Assembly: GCA_023205875.1 (NCBI GenBank)
Contig: CP060754.1
Location: forward strand, 1,550,001 to 1,614,000
Direction: 5' to 3'
Source of the DNA: Chloropicon primus
Lineage: Eukaryota
Length of the DNA stretch: 64,000 bases
Notes under the pieces: generated by a model
What the model was told of the DNA's origin: nothing
Database searches by the model: none
Seen by the model: the letters and a program-made list of their open reading frames with translations, nothing else
Translations under genes and position numbers: made by a program
Shown: positions 49,725 to 60,205 of the stretch, in pieces
Position numbering within the stretch: the stretch's first letter is position 1
Layout of the letters: each line of letters begins with the position of its first letter

Positions 49725-51848
49725 TTACATGTGACGTCTGTGCGGGGGCATGTGTTGGAAATTCCCTCTGTTGTTGTTCCCCATCCCGCCGTTCACGACC
49801 CCTGGCCGAAACTGTTGCCCCTGCCCTGGTGGTGGGAACTGTTGCCCCTGCCCCGGTGGTGGGAACTGTTGCGGGGGGCCCCTCTGCACATTCTGCGTTT
49901 GCATCCATTGCGCCTGGAAAGGTGGAAGCTTGGGTGGCTGGCCCACAGGCATTTGCATCGGAGCATTTGGCCTGAAGCCGTACCCGCCTCCGTTGGCACC
50001 CTGGTGGTGCTGACCCTGCATAGGCATCGGGGGGAGGTGTGGAGGCCTTCCCTGAAACCCCATGACCCCTCCGACCAGCGGCCCCGGGGGCTGCTGGCCG
50101 TAAAACTGTGGAATCACTTGGTTCTGCTGCTGATGGTGCAGCTGGAGGGGGGGTTGCATCTGGATTCCAGGTCGAGCCGGTTGGTGCATCGGCATGGAAG
50201 GGTGCATCGGCATGGGGGGACGCATTGGAGGGTGCACGTTGTGCCCCCCCTGCGGCAAGGGATTCTGCTGGTACGCTTGGTTGGGAACGGCGCGGGGTGC
50301 CTGCTGGGATGATGTCATGCTCTGGATATTTTGGAGATTCCTCATGAGGTCCTTGCTTGCCAACAGGTTCTTCAGCTGGTTGGACATAGCAGCGGACAGA
50401 GGCTTCATCTCGGGCTCGGACGGGGAGCTCCCGTACGACGCGTTCCTAAACGCCATTCGCTTCACTTTCCTGTTCCTCTCCTCTAGCTTGGGCTTCTCCT
50501 TCGAGTCCAAAGGTTTCGCCGGCACGTTAGCAAGCGAAGATGCCCTGATCCTCTTCGGTGTGCTCCATTCGATCTTCGCCTGCCAAAGCTTGCTCTTCTG
50601 CTTCAATTCGTCCCTCTTCTGCTTCTTGAGGTTGTGGATCCTCTCCTTCTCTAGCCTCTCCTCTTCCTTCCGTTTCTGTGCAGCACTCTTCTCCCTCTCC
50701 TTCTCCATCTCCTTCTTTGAGTTCAGCTGAGCCCTGTTTGGGATCTCAAAGTACTGGCAGAGGTAGTCGTCAGGCATCCAAGTCACTTTCTTCTTCCTCT
50801 TTGATGACGGCATACTGGCGGACTTCTCTCCCGCCGCCGGCATTCCCGGCTCTGAGGCACCCGATGCCTTGGGGGAGCCCTGCCTGCCCATGGCCGACCT
50901 GCCTTGCATGGCTACAGTGGTCACAGCCTTTGCCTCCTTCCCTGGCCCCTGCCCACCAGCCTCAGAAGCCTTCTCTGCCTTGGCAGGCTCCTGCTTTTGC
51001 CCGTCCCCCGCGGCGACCACCTCGCTGGTGTCACCTTCAGGCTTTGGAGAGGTGGGTGGGGAGGTGGTTTCTGCTCGTGGGGAGGTGGTTTGTGCTCTTG
51101 GTGATCCTGGCTTCTCAGCTGGATCCGTGGTTTGGCTCGCTGAGCCTGACACCTCGCTGTCGGTGTCCTTGGCTTTCTTCTTCGTCTGCATGCCTTTCCA
51201 CTGGCTCTTCCACTGGGAGTAGATCTTCTTCCCCAGGGCAGCCAAGTCCTCTTCCCCACACTTCTTGGCCTTGTCCAAGGAACCTAGCAGGACCTTCAAC
51301 TCGGCCGAAGGGACTTTCTCTGGGTGGAAGGGCATTTTCAGCAAGAGTTTTAGTAGATGTTTAGCTTTAACATGGAACTGATCGTCAAAGGCTTGGGAGA
51401 CCATGTAAGCAACAGTCTCCAGGAAGCCAACCCTCTGCATCAGCTCCTCCTTGACCTCCTCACTGCTCTTGGTGATCACCAGAGTGAGCAAAAACGTGTT
51501 GGGCAGGGAGTCCTTGTGCTTCTTCACCTGCTTCACCAGCTTATCCACCTGCTCTGCGGACAGCAGCCCCATGTGCTTCCCCACTCTCAGGCCCTTGTAG
51601 CCCTCCTCCTCAGACTTTTTCAGCAGGGTCATCATCAATTCCTTTGCAGTGGCCATGGCCTTCTCCTGCTCCTCCTCGGCCTTGACCTCCCGCTCCCACT
51701 TCTCTCTCATGGTGATGCACGCCCTATGAGACTTGGGGTTCGTGCACGTCGCGCAATGACCGCAACGCTCCGTTCGGGCCACGCGAGGATAACGGTCTTG
51801 CCGCTTCGTCACCCTCTCCGCGGGGTCACTCGAAGCAGGGCGCTTCAT
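49725..51848 (-). CDS. PNUTS/PPP1R10-like PP1 regulatory subunit with N-terminal CXXC-type Zn finger and Q/P/G-rich tail
   Basis: RCGHCATCTNPKSHRAC; helical TFIIS-N-like domain (LLKMP...LGKKIYSQWK); RVxF-type KRKKKVTWMPDDYLCQYFEI; IEWSTPK...DSKE...SPSEP. Confidence 0.7.
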   Translation of the reverse strand: MKRPASSDPAERVTKRQDRYPRVARTERCGHCATCTNPKSHRACITMREKWEREVKAEEEQEKAMATAKELMMTLLKKSEEEGYKGLRVGKHMGLLSAEQVDKLVKQVKKHKDSLPNTFLLTLVITKSSEEVKEELMQRVGFLETVAYMVSQAFDDQFHVKAKHLLKLLLKMPFHPEKVPSAELKVLLGSLDKAKKCGEEDLAALGKKIYSQWKSQWKGMQTKKKAKDTDSEVSGSASQTTDPAEKPGSPRAQTTSPRAETTSPPTSPKPEGDTSEVVAAGDGQKQEPAKAEKASEAGGQGPGKEAKAVTTVAMQGRSAMGRQGSPKASGASEPGMPAAGEKSASMPSSKRKKKVTWMPDDYLCQYFEIPNRAQLNSKKEMEKEREKSAAQKRKEEERLEKERIHNLKKQKRDELKQKSKLWQAKIEWSTPKRIRASSLANVPAKPLDSKEKPKLEERNRKVKRMAFRNASYGSSPSEPEMKPLSAAMSNQLKNLLASKDLMRNLQNIQSMTSSQQAPRAVPNQAYQQNPLPQGGHNVHPPMRPPMPMHPSMPMHQPARPGIQMQPPLQLHHQQQNQVIPQFYGQQPPGPLVGGVMGFQGRPPHLPPMPMQGQHHQGANGGGYGFRPNAPMQMPVGQPPKLPPFQAQWMQTQNVQRGPPQQFPPPGQGQQFPPPGQGQQFRPGVVNGGMGNNNRGNFQHMPPHRRHM

Positions 51849-52641
51849 GCTTCCCACGGTTCAAGCGAGCACGGCGGCGGTGCACTCGCCGTTCTTCGAT
51901 CGGCGAGAAACGGATCCCCTCCCAGCCTCGGAACGTGCGTCACCAAAGCGGAGGAGGAGGGATTCCAGTCCCGCCGTCGTCGGAACGTCGCTTCACCTTC
52001 TAGAATGAAAGCGCACGCACGCACGGCTTGGAACTCTTTTTCTTCGAGGGGGAACGTCACGAAAGGTAGCAGGTATCGGAAACGAAGAAGAAGTAGGGGA
52101 TGGGACCACCAGGTGCTCTTTCGTGTTCTTTTTTTTTTTTTTCTCTCTCTCTCTGTTCGATGACTCTCTCTCTCGGGACTAGGTCAAGAAGAAAAAAAAA
52201 AGAGTCAGCGTCGTCGTCGCGCCAAAAGAAAAAAAAAAAGAAAAAAGAGAAAGGCGGGCGTGACGCGGTACGCCGCAGGCGCCTTCGGGCGCGGCTTCCC
52301 TCGTCCCGTCCTCGCTCCGCCTCCTCTCTCTCTCTCTGTCTCGCGCGCGAGCTTCTCGCCCTTACCTCGTGGGCGCCGAGCGCCGGTGAATTTTGGTGGC
52401 TCATCTCGAGGGGACGGATGTTGGACGGACGTCTCGGCCTCGGGTGATGGGACTCCTGGACGAGGGTTGCTTGTGTGGGGGAGGGAGAGGGAGAGGGCGT
52501 GGCGGTGGCCCGTCTCTCCCGAAGGGTTTGTGGAAAGACACGTTTCTTTCGTTTCGTTTCGTTGCCAATCATATTTATATAATTCATAAATTTATATATC
52601 GTCAGTCCTCGTCTAGCTCTTCCTAGCTCACACTAGCTCTT

Positions 52642-53517
52642 CTAGTTCTTCTTCTTCTTCTTCTTGCCCCCGATCAAGTACTTGCTCACCCACTGGCTGA
52701 ACCAGTGCAAGTGCAGCAGCAAGGAAACCACCCCGAACCACGCTTGCCCCCGCGCGCCGTGGCCCTTGGGCGCGATGCAAGCGTTGTACACCCCGACGAT
52801 GTGCCACAGCAGCCTGGTCAGGAAGAACGCCGCGCCGAACCCCATGTCCGTCCTTAGTCGAGGGTCGATGGTGCCCAGGCCCAAGAGCAGCGTGGGGAGC
52901 TCCTCCACGCTGAAAAAGGCGAAGACGGGCGACAGGCCGGAGAGGTACCACTTGATCAGAATCGCTATGTAGACGCCGTGGTGGACCCACCCCTCGAGCA
53001 AGTGGAAGTGCTTGGCGTAAAAAAGGACCCCCATGACCACGTCAGACACGAGGAAGGACAGGAAGTTCAGGCAAAGGAACTTCGACAAGGGCGTCTCCGT
53101 CACCCAGAACTCGACGTTCAACTTGGGCAGGACGAGCGCGCCCACGTCCCCGGGCTCCCAGTAGTTTTTCAAGGCGTCCAGCCCCACGACGGCACCAGCC
53201 GTGGTCGACAGGGTGGCTGTCAGGCACGTGAGAACCCAAGCCCGACCCTTTGACTCCTGTGCACCGAGAGCAGAGCGTGTTTTTTTTTCGGTCGTTGCGC
53301 GGAGCGGGAGAGAGCACGGTCAGCAAAGCTACTGGTGGTGTTGGCGTGTGTCCGGAGCTGCAGAACGACAGTGCGGACCGCTTACCTTGACGTAGCGCGA
53401 GGCGCAGGTATAAAAGCCGCAGTAGGCCGTGATCCCCACGGCCAGTCCCGCCAGAAGCTCACTACCCTTCCCAGGCGTCAAGCCCAAAACATGAATCAGA
53501 CCATCCAACAACCGCAT
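52642..53517 (-). CDS. TLC-domain (TMEM56-like) ER membrane protein; exons 53517-53386, 53256-52642 (248 aa)
   Basis: FLVSDVVMG...LEGWVHHGVY, EELPT, FFLTRL.WH, LHLHWF and a C-terminal poly-Lys ER-retrieval signal. Confidence 0.82.
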
Positions 53518-53945
53518 CCTCCTGGATGCTTGGTCTCGGAGGTGCTGTGCTGTGCTGTGCTGTGCTGTGATACCAGGCCAGGGTTCGAGCTCGAGATACG
53601 CAACAATGGAAGGAGGGCCCCGTGTGCTCAACACAAGCCGTCGCCGTTTCCGTCGCCGCTAGCTTATAGTTCCCCTCTCTCCCCTCTCCCTCCAACAGGA
53701 AAGGCCAGGACCCTCTCCTCGCCTCTCGAGCCAAACCCAGCGACCCCGGTACCAATCGAAAGAGCAAGAGACAGAGACGACGAATAAGGCAGTCCCTGTC
53801 CAAGAGAAGAGAAGAGAAGAGAAGAGACCAAACCTTACGCCCTCTCTCCAACCTTACGCCCATTAAGCGTCACTTCGACGGTTTTTTCGCGCGAAACCAG
53901 AGCCCCCCAAGTTTCCGCATGGAAAAGTTCATTCCCGATTTGAAA

Positions 53946-53948
<3 letters not shown>

Positions 53949-54014
<66 letters not shown>
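53949..54014. repeat. (GA)33 microsatellite in the divergent promoter between the TLC gene and RPN3
   Basis: Direct inspection of the sequence. Confidence 0.97.
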
Positions 54015-54018
<4 letters not shown>

Positions 54019-54263
54019 GAGGACGACGAGGAGGAGGAGGCGTAGAAGCGTAGCACCCTGGAGAGCGGAAGGTAGCGGCGCAACCGAAGCACCGCCAAGG
54101 CTTTGCGTTTCGGCGTGAAGGAGACAGACGAGAGAGAGAGAGAGAGAGGAAGAGAGAGGAGAGCGATCGAGCGTTCGAGCGATCGAGGCGACGTGACGTG
54201 AGGCGAGGGTAGGGGCTTGCGTTTGTGTTTGTGTTTGAGTGTGTTTGAGTGTGTTTGTGTAGG

Positions 54264-55859
54264 ATGGGGAAGGGGAGCGATGCGATGGAGGTGGACAAGA
54301 AGGAGGAGGCGTTGGTCACGGAGGGAGGGAAGGGGAAGGGTCCAGAAAAGGTGATCGAGATCTTGTGTCAGAACGTGTTTTTGCTCGAGGAGGCCGTGGT
54401 GGCCAAGGAGACGAGCTTGTGCATGGGTCGCCTGATGAGGCAGACTGCCGCGGCGAGGAAGAGGCTGACGGAGCACGACATCGTGAGGCTCCTGAGGGCG
54501 AAGATCCCCAACAGCGCCGAGGTGGAGAAGACGCTCGGCGTGTTTCTTGACCTGAGCGGTCCCGACGAGAACAAGGAGGACGAGGCCATGGAGACGGACG
54601 AGAACAAGGAGAACGGCGGAGCCGAAGGGATGGCGAACGGAGCCGCGGAGTCGGAGGCGGCGCCGGAGGAAAAGAAGGAGGCAGCGGAGGCGAAGGTCGC
54701 GTACAACAAACCGACGAGGGCGTCAGCCGTGCCGGAGTGCGAGATCTACGTGCTCCTGCTGGCCATCCTGAGGCTTCTCGACGCGGGGACGCACGAGAAG
54801 GCCCGGGAGCTGAGCGTGCTGGTCGTCGAGAGGCTCGAGGGCTTCAACAGGCGAACCATGGACAGCTTGGCGGCGCGAGTGTACGCGTACTACTCTTGGA
54901 GCCACGAGAAGTGCGGGGACGAGAAGCTGAAGGGCATCAGGTCCAAGCTCCTGCAGCTGCAGAGGACGGCGATCCTCCGCCACGACGAGGTCGGCCAGGA
55001 GACCCTCCTCAACCTCCTCCTCCACAACTACCTCCACTTCAGCCTGTACGACCACGCGGAGAAGCTCAGGTCGAAGACTCAAGTGGGGAACGGCCAGCAC
55101 AGGAACATGCACCAGTTCTGCAGGTACTTGTACTACGTGGGGAGGATCAGAGCGATCCAGTTGGACTACACGGAGTCCAAGGAGAAGCTTCAGCAGGCGC
55201 TGAGGAAGGTCCCTGTGAGCGCCAAGGGCTTCAGGATAACCTTGCACAAGTGGCTCTGCATGGTGCACTTGCTCCTGGGAGAGATCCCGGAGAGGACGCA
55301 CTTCACCACCCCCGGCATGAGGAGGGCCCTCAAGCCCTACTTCTCCCTCACCCAGGCGATCAGGAAGGGAGACTTGAAGACCTTCCAGCAGGTGGCTCAG
55401 GAGCACTGGGACCAGTTCATGGAGGACAAGACCCACAACCTCATCGTGAGGCTGCAGCACAACGTCATAAGGACGGGGTTGAGGAACATCAGCAAGGCCT
55501 ACAGCAGGGTGAGCCTACAGGACGTTTCGCAGATGCTGGGACTCAGCGGAGGCGTCGAGGAGGTAGAGTGCATCGTAGCAAAGGCGGTGAGAGACGGGGC
55601 TATTGATGCTAAGATCGACCACACCAACCAGTGGATGAGCACGAGCGAGGCGAGTGACATTTACTCCACGTTGGAGCCCCAGCAAGCCTTCCACTCCAGG
55701 ATCATGTTCTGCTTGAACCTGCACAACGAGGCCGTGAAGGCCATGAGATATAGCCCAAACGAGCACAAGGACAGCGCCGAGACGGAGGAGGCCAGGAAGG
55801 AGAGGCTGCAACAGGAGCAGGAGCTCGCGAGCGCGCTCCAGGAGGAGGATGAGTTCTGA
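54264..55859 (+). CDS. RPN3: 26S proteasome lid subunit RPN3 (PSMD3)
   Basis: NRRTMDSLAA, GQETLLNLLL.NYL, RYLYYVGRIRAIQLDY, LLLGEIPER, IVAKAVRDGAI, EPQQAFHSRI.FCLNLHNEAVKAMRY. Confidence 0.97.
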   Translation: MGKGSDAMEVDKKEEALVTEGGKGKGPEKVIEILCQNVFLLEEAVVAKETSLCMGRLMRQTAAARKRLTEHDIVRLLRAKIPNSAEVEKTLGVFLDLSGPDENKEDEAMETDENKENGGAEGMANGAAESEAAPEEKKEAAEAKVAYNKPTRASAVPECEIYVLLLAILRLLDAGTHEKARELSVLVVERLEGFNRRTMDSLAARVYAYYSWSHEKCGDEKLKGIRSKLLQLQRTAILRHDEVGQETLLNLLLHNYLHFSLYDHAEKLRSKTQVGNGQHRNMHQFCRYLYYVGRIRAIQLDYTESKEKLQQALRKVPVSAKGFRITLHKWLCMVHLLLGEIPERTHFTTPGMRRALKPYFSLTQAIRKGDLKTFQQVAQEHWDQFMEDKTHNLIVRLQHNVIRTGLRNISKAYSRVSLQDVSQMLGLSGGVEEVECIVAKAVRDGAIDAKIDHTNQWMSTSEASDIYSTLEPQQAFHSRIMFCLNLHNEAVKAMRYSPNEHKDSAETEEARKERLQQEQELASALQEEDEF

Positions 55860-56018
55860 GCACAACCCCTGCAAGAGACGGCGCTTCTTTTGTACGATAA
55901 ATGAGCTAAATCACTTGTGTGGCGTTGGTTGTGGAAAAAAACTGTATATACTTCAAACTTGTTATGTTCGTACGACGCGTCGCCCCCCCCCCATCCCAGT
56001 GACAACCAGCCCCCCGGC

Positions 56019-57203
56019 TCAGCCCTCCCCCCTGCTGGTAGACCCCTGGGACCTCTTTCGCATCAGGCTCTCCCACCTTTTGTGGTCCAGCTTCGAGATG
56101 TCCTTCACCTTCCGTATTACCCGCAAATAGTTCGTGAGCTTCAGGAGCTCTCTGTCCGTGTGCCTGCTTTGGTACGCTCGCTTGAACGGCTTTATCTTAA
56201 GGCCGTTCCTCGGATTCATCACGAAGTTCCTCCTCAGGTCGTCAAACATGATGGTGTTCTCCTTGCTATACACGCCCTTGAACCCGGGGTGTTGCCACAG
56301 AACTCCAAGCGGCTTGCAATCGATCGTGCCGTACTTGGCCGTCGTCACCGATATCATCGCCGTGTAATCCACAAAGGCGAGAATCTTAAAGTCTTGGTTC
56401 TCCACGTGGCGCATCACGCCAAGCTCCTTCATCTTCAGCTCGATCCACTTCATCGAGGTGGCGCTCCAGATCACGATGTCGTAGTTCTCGTAAGACTTGG
56501 TCAGAAAGTCGATCAGAAAGGGCCTTCTCAGCTCCTCCGGGGTCTCTGCCGTGCTCCTGTGGTCGAAGAGCGTGTAATCTATGTCCAAGACCAGCAGCTT
56601 CTTCCCCTCCCTCGGCTCACAGCCTTCCATGAACTTGATCTTGGCCTGGTCCACGCGTCTCTTCACCTTATCCAAGTTCTCGGGAAGAAGGTGAACCTTC
56701 AGCTCCACGTCCTCGCCGTCCCCTATGTCGAAATCGTCGACGACCTAGAAAAGGGCGAGCAAGAACGAGGTGTCGAGGGTCAGCGAAGCTGTAACAGGCA
56801 ACAAAAAAGAGCGCGAAACTGGCCTGCGCTTACTTACGTTATCCGAGAGCCCGAGCTTGAGCTCCTCCTCCTTCCGGTGAGACTCGATGACAGCCTCGGC
56901 TGTGCCTATCATCATGACACTCTTCCCGGGCTTCATGCCGACGAGGAGGTCTCTCAGAGTCACAGTCTTCTCCTGCTCCTCGCTCAGGCCATTCGCCTTT
57001 ACCCCTTTACCCCCGATGCCCACGAGCTTTTGCCGTTTCGGCAAAACGCTCGTTCGCTTCTCCAGCTCCCTCTTGAAGTCGTGCAGCGAGAACTCCTCCA
57101 CTTTCTCTGCAGCGAAGTTCAAGGTGAAGTTCTGCTTGCCCCAGCGGACGGTGACGCTCACGCCCTCCCCGCCCCCCTCCGCGCTTGAACCCGGGGTCGC
57201 CAT
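56019..57203 (-). CDS. UBLCP1: Ubiquitin-like domain-containing CTD phosphatase 1; exons 57203-56838, 56744-56019 (363 aa)
   Basis: UBL domain (VRWG...TSVLPKRQKL...MMIGT) plus HAD motifs REGKKLLVLDIDYTLFDH, IVIWSAT, TIMFDDLRRNFVMNP. Confidence 0.94.
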
Positions 57204-57330
57204 CTTCGAAACAACCTTGACACCCGCCCTGTCAGCCTGCCAGGGTTGCAGAGGATATTCCCAGATGATAAAGGTGGTTCAAGGTGGTTGGTGGACTAAT
57301 AAATAGATAATAGTAGGTGTTACTTCTTGC

Positions 57331-59670
57331 CTAGTGAGTTTTGTAGGCCTCCAAGGATACGTACTTGGACAGTATTCTTAGCTCCTCCTCGCTCTCGCTC
57401 TCCTCGTCAGAGAGCGGGATGTACCGGACTTTGGGGAAAGAGTGCTCAGGAGAGGCCCTCGTATCGGGCAAGGGGGCGACGGGGTTTCCGCCCCGTGACG
57501 TGACGTGCTCCTCCACAAGCATCACGATGTCGTCCTCGGATGTCGAGCTCGCGTCGCCGTCGTCCCGACCTGCCTCCCCCTCAGCCAAGGCTTTCTCCGC
57601 GCCGGGAAGGTCCTCCGTAACGGCCCCCTCGGTCGCTCTTTCGGTTTCTGGTTTGGATTCCGCGACAGGCTCGTCTTCTTCCATGGTGTCCCCGGCCCCC
57701 CGAGCCTGCCGCAAGCTTGCCTCCACGCCCTCTTCCACGGTTTGGGTGCTTGGATTCGCAACAGGTGTTCCGTTCACTTCCTCGTTGCCCTGCTCTTCGA
57801 CGGACTTCGTTGCCTGGCTCTCCTCGCTCGCCCCAGCCGCTGCGGAGACCGCGACGTGGCTCTTGAGCTGCTTCTCGAGCTCCCTCATCTGGTTCTGGAG
57901 CATGCTGAGCTGCTGCTGCTGCTGGGAGATCAAGGCACTTGCGGCGCTTTCCTGGAGCTTGCTGTTCACGCCTCCTCCGCCCATCGCCGCCGGGAAAGGA
58001 GTCCAGTAACCTGCACCAATGGTTGGCTCGGGAGGACCTGGTGCCCTCTCCCCGGTACCGCTTGGTGCTTGAGCGACATCTGAACCCAAACCCAAGCCAT
58101 CTCCCCCCGAGTCGTCCGTGGTGATTCCAAAAGTCTGCAGATTTGCCCAGCGCTCGAACTGCTTCTCTTCTTCGCCCGCCGGGGTTTCCGTTACGGGACG
58201 GTTCATCACTTTGGACGGGGTGGGGGCGCTGGGCCTCGGCTCCTCGGGAATTTCGTCCGCCTCGGTCACGAAGGCTGGGCTCGTCCCGGTTCCCGAAGAA
58301 GGCGCCCTCTTGGTCGACTCGCATGCGCTGAACTGTATGGATTTGCTTGTGATGTCGCCAGAATACACCTTCCAGTCGAAGGAGTACTCGAGGCACTCTG
58401 GGAGATCTGCGTACTGCTTCTTCCCTGCGTCAACATCTTCTGAGGGAGAAAAGGAGCACTCGAAGCACTGCGGCGACCCGCTCCCGTGGGAGAAAAGGAG
58501 GAGGAGGAAGTGACCATTCTGCAAGGTCCTCTCCACGACGACCTTGGGGCTGCTGTACATGAACCTCAAGCAGGCGCTGTACACCAAGGCAGACCTCACT
58601 CCGCTCGGCCCACAAGTCACCCAAACGCCCACGAGCGGCATCTCCTTCGACAGTGGCTCGTTCTCTAGAAGAGGCAGGAGCCTGTGGCCCTGGTCCATGG
58701 TCATGAAGCCTGTCCTCTCCGAGGAGACCGCCTTCTGGTGCATGTAGCTCCTTGCGTTTTCCCTCCTCAGCACAGAGAACAGGGACTGGGACAAGGTCGT
58801 GTCTCTCGTGAGCAAGGGGTAGATGGGCCTCAACTTCAAGTGCGGCGAGGGAAGGAGCAGCGACCCTCTCAACATGAGCTCGCTCGACTTCGAACCTTTT
58901 GTCGTGCAGCAGCGGCAGAGAGTCGGAAGCAGTGCCCCTGGTCCGAACCCTTGGAGAGAGTCCAGCCTCTCTCTCAGCCTCTCCATGAGGCTGGAGTGCA
59001 TCTCTTCGGGAAGCTTCACCTCCGACATGTCGTCCTCGCTGTTGTAGCACACCAGCTCGACGGACACGGACTTGCTGGCCCCAGACACGCTCGCAAAGTT
59101 CTTGGGCTCGCCCTTCCTCTCCTTCCCGCTGACCTCGCCCTCCGACTCCAGCACGAGCTTCTGCTCGACCCCGCTGCTTCCTTCGAGCGCCCCCTCCAGC
59201 ACAAACGAATCGGCCCCCCTCCTCACCTCGTCCAGGACGTCCTCCACCACCCCCTCGGAGAGGTGGACTCGGGGAACGAAGTCCGTTGGACTGATGTCGA
59301 CCACGTCGCCAAAGGCCGTCCTGTCCCAAAGGACAAGCCTCGACAAGGGGAAGCGGGGCGGCCGGGCGAGCCTGCGCAGGCCCTGCGCCGACGTCGCCCT
59401 CATAATCTCCGCCGTCGAGTTCGTCGACGCGAGGTACGCTTCCGGATTCGTCCACTTGGGCGACTTGAAGAAGGGCTTCGGGGCGGAGCTCGCCGCCCTC
59501 CTCTCCACGAAGTGCTCCTCCGTCGAGCCCTCCGACACCTCCCCTGCCAGGATGTCCATCGACGTCGCCCCAGGGCCACGCTCCTCGACGCCATCGCCCC
59601 CACCATCACCCCGTCCCCCCGTGGGAAAGAACGAAGACGCCTCCTCCTCCGAGTCCGTCTCCAGCACCAT
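57331..59670 (-). CDS. STIL (SCL-interrupting locus)-like protein
   Basis: STIL_N-like motifs FPLSRLVLWDRT and GFMTMDQGHRLLPLLENEP...PLVGVWV...VYSACLRFMY; short coiled coil QQQQQLSMLQNQMRELE; STAN-like C-terminus FPKVRYI...ILSKYV. Confidence 0.72.
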   Translation of the reverse strand: MVLETDSEEEASSFFPTGGRGDGGGDGVEERGPGATSMDILAGEVSEGSTEEHFVERRAASSAPKPFFKSPKWTNPEAYLASTNSTAEIMRATSAQGLRRLARPPRFPLSRLVLWDRTAFGDVVDISPTDFVPRVHLSEGVVEDVLDEVRRGADSFVLEGALEGSSGVEQKLVLESEGEVSGKERKGEPKNFASVSGASKSVSVELVCYNSEDDMSEVKLPEEMHSSLMERLRERLDSLQGFGPGALLPTLCRCCTTKGSKSSELMLRGSLLLPSPHLKLRPIYPLLTRDTTLSQSLFSVLRRENARSYMHQKAVSSERTGFMTMDQGHRLLPLLENEPLSKEMPLVGVWVTCGPSGVRSALVYSACLRFMYSSPKVVVERTLQNGHFLLLLFSHGSGSPQCFECSFSPSEDVDAGKKQYADLPECLEYSFDWKVYSGDITSKSIQFSACESTKRAPSSGTGTSPAFVTEADEIPEEPRPSAPTPSKVMNRPVTETPAGEEEKQFERWANLQTFGITTDDSGGDGLGLGSDVAQAPSGTGERAPGPPEPTIGAGYWTPFPAAMGGGGVNSKLQESAASALISQQQQQLSMLQNQMRELEKQLKSHVAVSAAAGASEESQATKSVEEQGNEEVNGTPVANPSTQTVEEGVEASLRQARGAGDTMEEDEPVAESKPETERATEGAVTEDLPGAEKALAEGEAGRDDGDASSTSEDDIVMLVEEHVTSRGGNPVAPLPDTRASPEHSFPKVRYIPLSDEESESEEELRILSKYVSLEAYKTH

Positions 59671-60205
59671 CACCACCAAATTCTTCGACCGAGGTGTCCA
59701 CGGAAAGCCCTTGAGTCGTAGCCTGCTTCTGTGGGCCTTCCTTCTCCCTCCAGCCTTCGTCTCCTCCCTCGATTCCTTCCCAAACCCCTCTCAAACCTGC
59801 CCTTCTCCTCCCCCCTCGCTCTGCTCTCGTTATTTTTCTGGCGCGAGACGCTGGTTTGGCGGGAAAACCGGAACGAACGGCGAAGCGGAGCGCCAGAGGA
59901 GCGAGCGCCAGAGGAGAGGCATTAGGGGGGCATTAGGGGGCATTAGGGGAGGGCGTTGGCACGGCAGGCCGCCTCTGATGCGAGCGCGTTTGAGTATTGA
60001 AGGGGCAGACGGACGAAGGATGACGCGGTAGGAGAAGAACCAGGACCAGGGGGAGAGGCGTCTGGGAAGAAGGGACGAGTGGTGTTCGTCTAAGAGTGGG
60101 TTCGGGGTTTCGGTTTCGGTGTTGGTGGTGATGGGAGGGGTGCATCGGTAGCGTGCCCTGCGTGGTTGCGGGACATCTCGGAGGGGTCGGCGAGGGATCG
60201 CGGAC

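Noticed and set aside
52366..52404. Upstream coding exon (MSHQNSPALGAHE|GT) for the PNUTS-like gene
   Set aside because: The acceptors I tested (about 52180 and 52000) do not join it in frame to the main ORF; it is more likely a 5'UTR exon or uORF.
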